Assembly: GCA_041742395.1 (NCBI GenBank) | Contig: JBGSIS010000005.1 | Span: 18,696-82,695, forward strand | Direction: 5' to 3' | Length of the DNA: 64,000 bases | Source: Candidatus Saccharimonadales bacterium | GTDB taxonomy: Bacteria > Patescibacteriota > Saccharimonadia > Saccharimonadales > JACQNP01 | Part shown: positions 60,914-64,000 of the stretch, piece after piece | Layout: the number at the start of each line of letters is the position of its first letter | Numbering within the stretch: position 1 is the first letter of the stretch | Notes under the pieces: model-generated | Seen by the model: the letters and a program-made list of their open reading frames with translations, nothing else | Databases searched by the model: none | What the model was told of the DNA's origin: nothing | Translations under genes and position numbers: made by a program

Positions 60914-61332
60914 TGAGTGTCTCCGCTTCTGCTAAAGGCGTTAGAATGAGCCCGAGAAAAGTTGGCGAGGTAGTAAGTCTAGTACGTGGACGCACCGTAG
61001 CTGATGCACTTGTTATTCTAGAGCATACTCCCAGACGAGCCGCTACTCCAGTTAAGAAAGTTATTGAGAGCGCTAGAGCAAATGCTGAAAACAATCATAA
61101 TTTTAAACCAGATACTTTAAATATTATTTCTATACATGTAAGTCCTGGTCAAAGTTATAAGAGATTTCGTCCTGCAGCTCACGGACGTGCGTTACCATTC
61201 CAAAGAAAAAGTTCGCATATTTTTGTAACTGTTGATGGCGAGATGCGAGTAGCAAAGAAGCCTAAAGCTGAAACTAAAACTGCTAATTCCAAGTCAAGTG
61301 AATCTAAGACAACCAAGAAGGAGGCTAAATAA
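60913..61332 (+). CDS. rplV: 50S ribosomal protein L22
   Basis: RMSPRKVGEVVSLVRGRTVADALVIL is present, with a Lys-rich tail. Confidence 0.93.
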   Translation: MSVSASAKGVRMSPRKVGEVVSLVRGRTVADALVILEHTPRRAATPVKKVIESARANAENNHNFKPDTLNIISIHVSPGQSYKRFRPAAHGRALPFQRKSSHIFVTVDGEMRVAKKPKAETKTANSKSSESKTTKKEAK

Positions 61333-61964
61333 TGGGCCAAAAAGTAAACCCAATTAGCATGCGCCTTCAAGTCAATAAGAACTGGAGAAGTAAGTGGTTC
61401 GCAAGCAAGCGAGACTATTCAAAATTCCTAACTCAAGATCTTGAAGTACGTAGGCTCATAGACACAAAATTAGGCTCTAGAGCAGCAATCAACCAAGTTG
61501 ATATTGAAAGATCACCAAATCTGGTTACTGTAACAATCGCTACAGCAAAAGCCGGTGTTGTTATTGGTAAGGGTGGCGTAGGTGTTCAAGAACTAAAAGC
61601 TCAAATAGAAAAGATTTTTAATATTCCAGCTAGAGTTAATATTGAGGAAGTTAAGAAACCAGAGCTTTACGCTAAACTTGCTGCTGAAAACATTGCTCAT
61701 CAGATTGAAAGAAGAATTGCTTTTCGTAGAGCCATTAAATCAACCGCCGCTGCTGCGATGAGAAGTGGTGCTAAGGGTATAAGAATTGAAGTTGCAGGTC
61801 GTCTAGGTGGAGCTGAAATGTCACGCCGAGAAAAAGTTGTTGAAGGCAGTGTTCCTCTTCATACTTTGCGAGCTGATATCGATTTTCATAGTGCTCGAGC
61901 TAACTATCCTGGTGCCGGAATAATCGGCGTTAAGGTTTGGATCTACAAAGGGGAGGTTCAGTAA
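61332..61964 (+). CDS. rpsC: 30S ribosomal protein S3
   Basis: The KH domain [24 protein letters not shown] and [19 protein letters not shown] are present. Confidence 0.95.
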   Translation: MGQKVNPISMRLQVNKNWRSKWFASKRDYSKFLTQDLEVRRLIDTKLGSRAAINQVDIERSPNLVTVTIATAKAGVVIGKGGVGVQELKAQIEKIFNIPARVNIEEVKKPELYAKLAAENIAHQIERRIAFRRAIKSTAAAAMRSGAKGIRIEVAGRLGGAEMSRREKVVEGSVPLHTLRADIDFHSARANYPGAGIIGVKVWIYKGEVQ

Positions 61965-62377
61965 TGTTAATGCCGAATAAGACTAAACATCGTAAAGTGC
62001 GAAAAGGCCGAATACGCGGAGTAGCTACAAGTGGTAACTACATAGCCTTCGGTACATACGCTTTACAATCACAAAGTATGGACAGAATAACTTCTAGACA
62101 AATTGAGTCTGCTCGTCAAGCAATGACAAGGTACATCAAACGTGGTGGAAAAATTTGGATTAGAGTTTTTCCGCATACTCCAGTTACTCGAAAAGCCCTT
62201 GGAACTAAAATGGGAAGCGGTAAGGGAAATCCAGAATTTTTCGTTGCTAAGGTTAAACCTGGAACAATTTTATTTGAAATGCAGGGTGTTACCGAAGAAG
62301 TTGCTCGCGAAGCAATGCGTCTAGCTGCTCATAAGCTTCCAGTAAAAACTAAATTTTTAGTCAAGGAGGATGTATAG
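61964..62377 (+). CDS. rplP: 50S ribosomal protein L16
   Basis: [16 protein letters not shown] is present. Its ATG overlaps the rpsC TAA (TAATG) with GGGAGG 7 nt upstream. The ORF track's earlier start at 61937 is probably spurious. Confidence 0.9.
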   Translation: MLMPNKTKHRKVRKGRIRGVATSGNYIAFGTYALQSQSMDRITSRQIESARQAMTRYIKRGGKIWIRVFPHTPVTRKALGTKMGSGKGNPEFFVAKVKPGTILFEMQGVTEEVAREAMRLAAHKLPVKTKFLVKEDV

Positions 62378-62378
62378 C

Positions 62379-62579
62379 ATGAAAATAGCTGAGATCCGTA
62401 AATTGTCAACTGGTGAGTTAACAATGGAGACTACTAAATTACGTGAAGATATCGCTGAAACCAAGAGAAGGTTACATATGGGAGAAGTTCAGAACGTGAG
62501 AGTATTAAGAAACAAGCGCAAAGACTTAGCTAGAATGTTGACAGTTCTTGGCGAACAGCTTGCAAAGGAGAACATCTAA
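62379..62579 (+). CDS. rpmC: 50S ribosomal protein L29
   Basis: MKIAEIRKLSTGEL...LRNKRKDLARM is present, with GGAGGA 8 nt upstream. Confidence 0.88.
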   Translation: MKIAEIRKLSTGELTMETTKLREDIAETKRRLHMGEVQNVRVLRNKRKDLARMLTVLGEQLAKENI

Positions 62580-62845
62580 TGGCTAAGACATTAACAGGTG
62601 TAGTAACCTCAAACAAGAACGACAAGACGATTGTTGTTACTGTAACTACTCACAAAACACACCCTATTTATAAGAAGAAATATATTTCTAGTAAGAAATT
62701 TATGGCTCATGATGAAAAGAATGAAGCAAAAATGGGCGATAAAGTAATTATTTCTGAAACTCGTCCAATGAGTGCAAGAAAGAAATTCGTTTTGGCGAAG
62801 ATTGTTAATAATGCCTCTATAAGGCATGAAGAAGGAGATGCATAG
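62579..62845 (+). CDS. rpsQ: 30S ribosomal protein S17
   Basis: KTLTGVVTSNKNDKTIVV...GDKVIISETRPMS is present. Confidence 0.93.
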   Translation: MAKTLTGVVTSNKNDKTIVVTVTTHKTHPIYKKKYISSKKFMAHDEKNEAKMGDKVIISETRPMSARKKFVLAKIVNNASIRHEEGDA

Positions 62846-63214
62846 ATGATACAGCAAGAGTCTAGGCTATTTGTATGCGACAACTCTGGAGCTAAAGAAA
62901 TTCTATGTATTCGAGTTCTTGGGGGCACAAGAAAACGATATGCGAGAGTTGGTGATATTATCGTCGCTACTGTCAAAGATGCCAATCCTTCTGGTAATGT
63001 TAAGAAAAAAACTGTTGTAAGAGCAGTTGTTGTAAGAACTAAGCACGTTATTAAGCGAAAAGATGGGTCAACTATTAAATTTGATGATAACGCAGCAGTT
63101 ATTATTGGAGATGATAAAAATCCAAAGGCAACCAGAATCTTTGGACCAGTTCCAAGAGAACTAAGAGATTTGGGCTATAGTAAAATTATTTCTCTTGCCC
63201 CGGAGGTACTATAA
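62846..63214 (+). CDS. rplN: 50S ribosomal protein L14
   Basis: [27 protein letters not shown] is present. Confidence 0.95.
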   Translation: MIQQESRLFVCDNSGAKEILCIRVLGGTRKRYARVGDIIVATVKDANPSGNVKKKTVVRAVVVRTKHVIKRKDGSTIKFDDNAAVIIGDDKNPKATRIFGPVPRELRDLGYSKIISLAPEVL

Positions 63215-63543
63215 TGAGTGAAATTTATAAGATAAGACTTAAGAAAGATGACACAGTTGTTGTTCTTTCTGGAAAATATAAAGGAAAGACTGGAAAAGTA
63301 CTTGCAGTTCATCCTGATTTAAACAAAGTTACCGTAGAGGGTATTAACGTAGTTAAGAAACATCTTAAACCGAACAAGGAATATCCTCAAGGTGGAATTA
63401 TTGATATAACTAAGCCAGTTTTTGTTAGTAAGGTGGCGATTTTTGAGCCTACTTCTAAAAAACCCAGCAAAATTAGTTACCAGATAGACAAAGACGGTAA
63501 TAAAAAACGAGTCTTTAAAAGGACTGGAAAGGAGATAAAGTAA
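63214..63543 (+). CDS. rplX: 50S ribosomal protein L24
   Basis: The KOW motif KKDDTVVVLSGKYKGKTGKV is present. Confidence 0.93.
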   Translation: MSEIYKIRLKKDDTVVVLSGKYKGKTGKVLAVHPDLNKVTVEGINVVKKHLKPNKEYPQGGIIDITKPVFVSKVAIFEPTSKKPSKISYQIDKDGNKKRVFKRTGKEIK

Positions 63544-64000
63544 TGGCAACAGATACTAAAAAGACCGTAGCCTATTCTCCTAGATTGAAACAGCTTTACG
63601 ATAAAGAATTAGTCAAAGATTTAAAGAATGAATTAGGGCTAAAGAATGTTAATCAGGTTCCTAAACTAGAAAAAATAGTATTGAACGTCGGACTTGGCAA
63701 ATCTAAAGATGACAAAAGAATGATGGAAGTTACCGAGAATACTATTAAAAAAATAACTGGACAAAAGCCAATTGATACTTTTGCAAAGCAATCAATCGCT
63801 GGATTTAAATTAAGAGAAGGAAATAAGATCGGCATAAAGCTTACACTTCGTGGAGACAAGATGTATGAGTTCTATGACAGATTAGTTAATATCGTATTAC
63901 CTAGACTTCGTGACTTTCATGGTGTGAGTCTAAAATCTTTCGATAAAACAGGAAACTATAGTTTAGGCATAAATGACCAGTCTGTTTTTCCAGAGCTTAC
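63543..64000 (+). CDS. rplE: 50S ribosomal protein L5 (3'-truncated by the window edge)
   Basis: Its ATG overlaps the rplX TAA. The translation reads MATDTKKTVAYSPRLKQLYDKELVKDL...FAKQSIAGFKLREGNKIG and is open to the window end. Confidence 0.85.
   Translation, partial: MATDTKKTVAYSPRLKQLYDKELVKDLKNELGLKNVNQVPKLEKIVLNVGLGKSKDDKRMMEVTENTIKKITGQKPIDTFAKQSIAGFKLREGNKIGIKLTLRGDKMYEFYDRLVNIVLPRLRDFHGVSLKSFDKTGNYSLGINDQSVFPEL

Noticed and set aside
1-64000. Whether a CRISPR array, transposase/integrase, prophage or genomic island is present (e.g. anchored at tRNA-Leu)
   Set aside because: No direct-repeat/spacer periodicity was seen. No transposase, recombinase or integrase-like ORF was found. 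tRNA-Leu is followed only by a terminator and hisS. Composition is uniform across the window.

Overview
This is a 64-kb stretch of a low-GC (about 37% by eye) bacterial chromosome made almost entirely of housekeeping genes. It uses the standard genetic code: long ORFs end at TGA, TAA and TAG. No rRNA, CRISPR array, transposase or integrase is visible.

Gene order on the + strand unless marked (-):
- fba (5'-truncated), PfkB sugar kinase, a 408-aa unknown, a LOG/TIGR00725-family protein, uvrB
- (-) a hydrolase-like unknown
- gatC-gatA-[small membrane ORF]-gatB, galU, two small YtxH-like or membrane proteins, dnaE
- (-) a CAP-domain protein, (-) a SpoU/TrmH methyltransferase
- a solitary pilB/gspE ATPase
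- (-) malic enzyme
- rplS, rnhB
- (-) pepN
- nusA-[unknown 188 aa], clpC, an HEXXH/coiled-coil unknown, radA, yacL
- (-) a class A penicillin-binding protein
- tyrS, a SAM methyltransferase, recG, a Zn-PLC/P1-nuclease-like unknown, rsmD
- tRNA-Leu(UAG) with a terminator
- hisS, a DUF457-like protein, tig, clpP
- rpoB, rpoC
- rpsL-rpsG-[107-aa Cys-rich ORF]-fusA-[69-aa ORF?]-tuf
- the S10 operon: rpsJ-[235-aa unknown + 92-aa membrane ORF]-rplC-rplD-rplW-rplB-rpsS-rplV-rpsC-rplP-rpmC-rpsQ-rplN-rplX-rplE (3'-truncated)

The most interesting observations:
1. Unknown genes sit inside the normally invariant ribosomal-protein operons (str and S10), and also inside gatCAB and directly after nusA, often translationally coupled to their neighbours.
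2. Two perfect HrcA CIRCE operators (TTAGCACTC-N9-GAGTGCTAA) overlap the promoters of clpC and clpP.
3. Many genes have an extended -10 element (TGnTAnnnT) 8-10 nt upstream of the ATG, suggesting widespread leaderless mRNAs.
4. TyrS has a degenerate HIGH motif (TIGN).
5. Several ribosomal proteins carry insertions or extensions (S12, L19, S10), which together with the small size and gene content suggests a streamlined, possibly CPR/Patescibacteria-like organism. That taxonomic placement is inference only.
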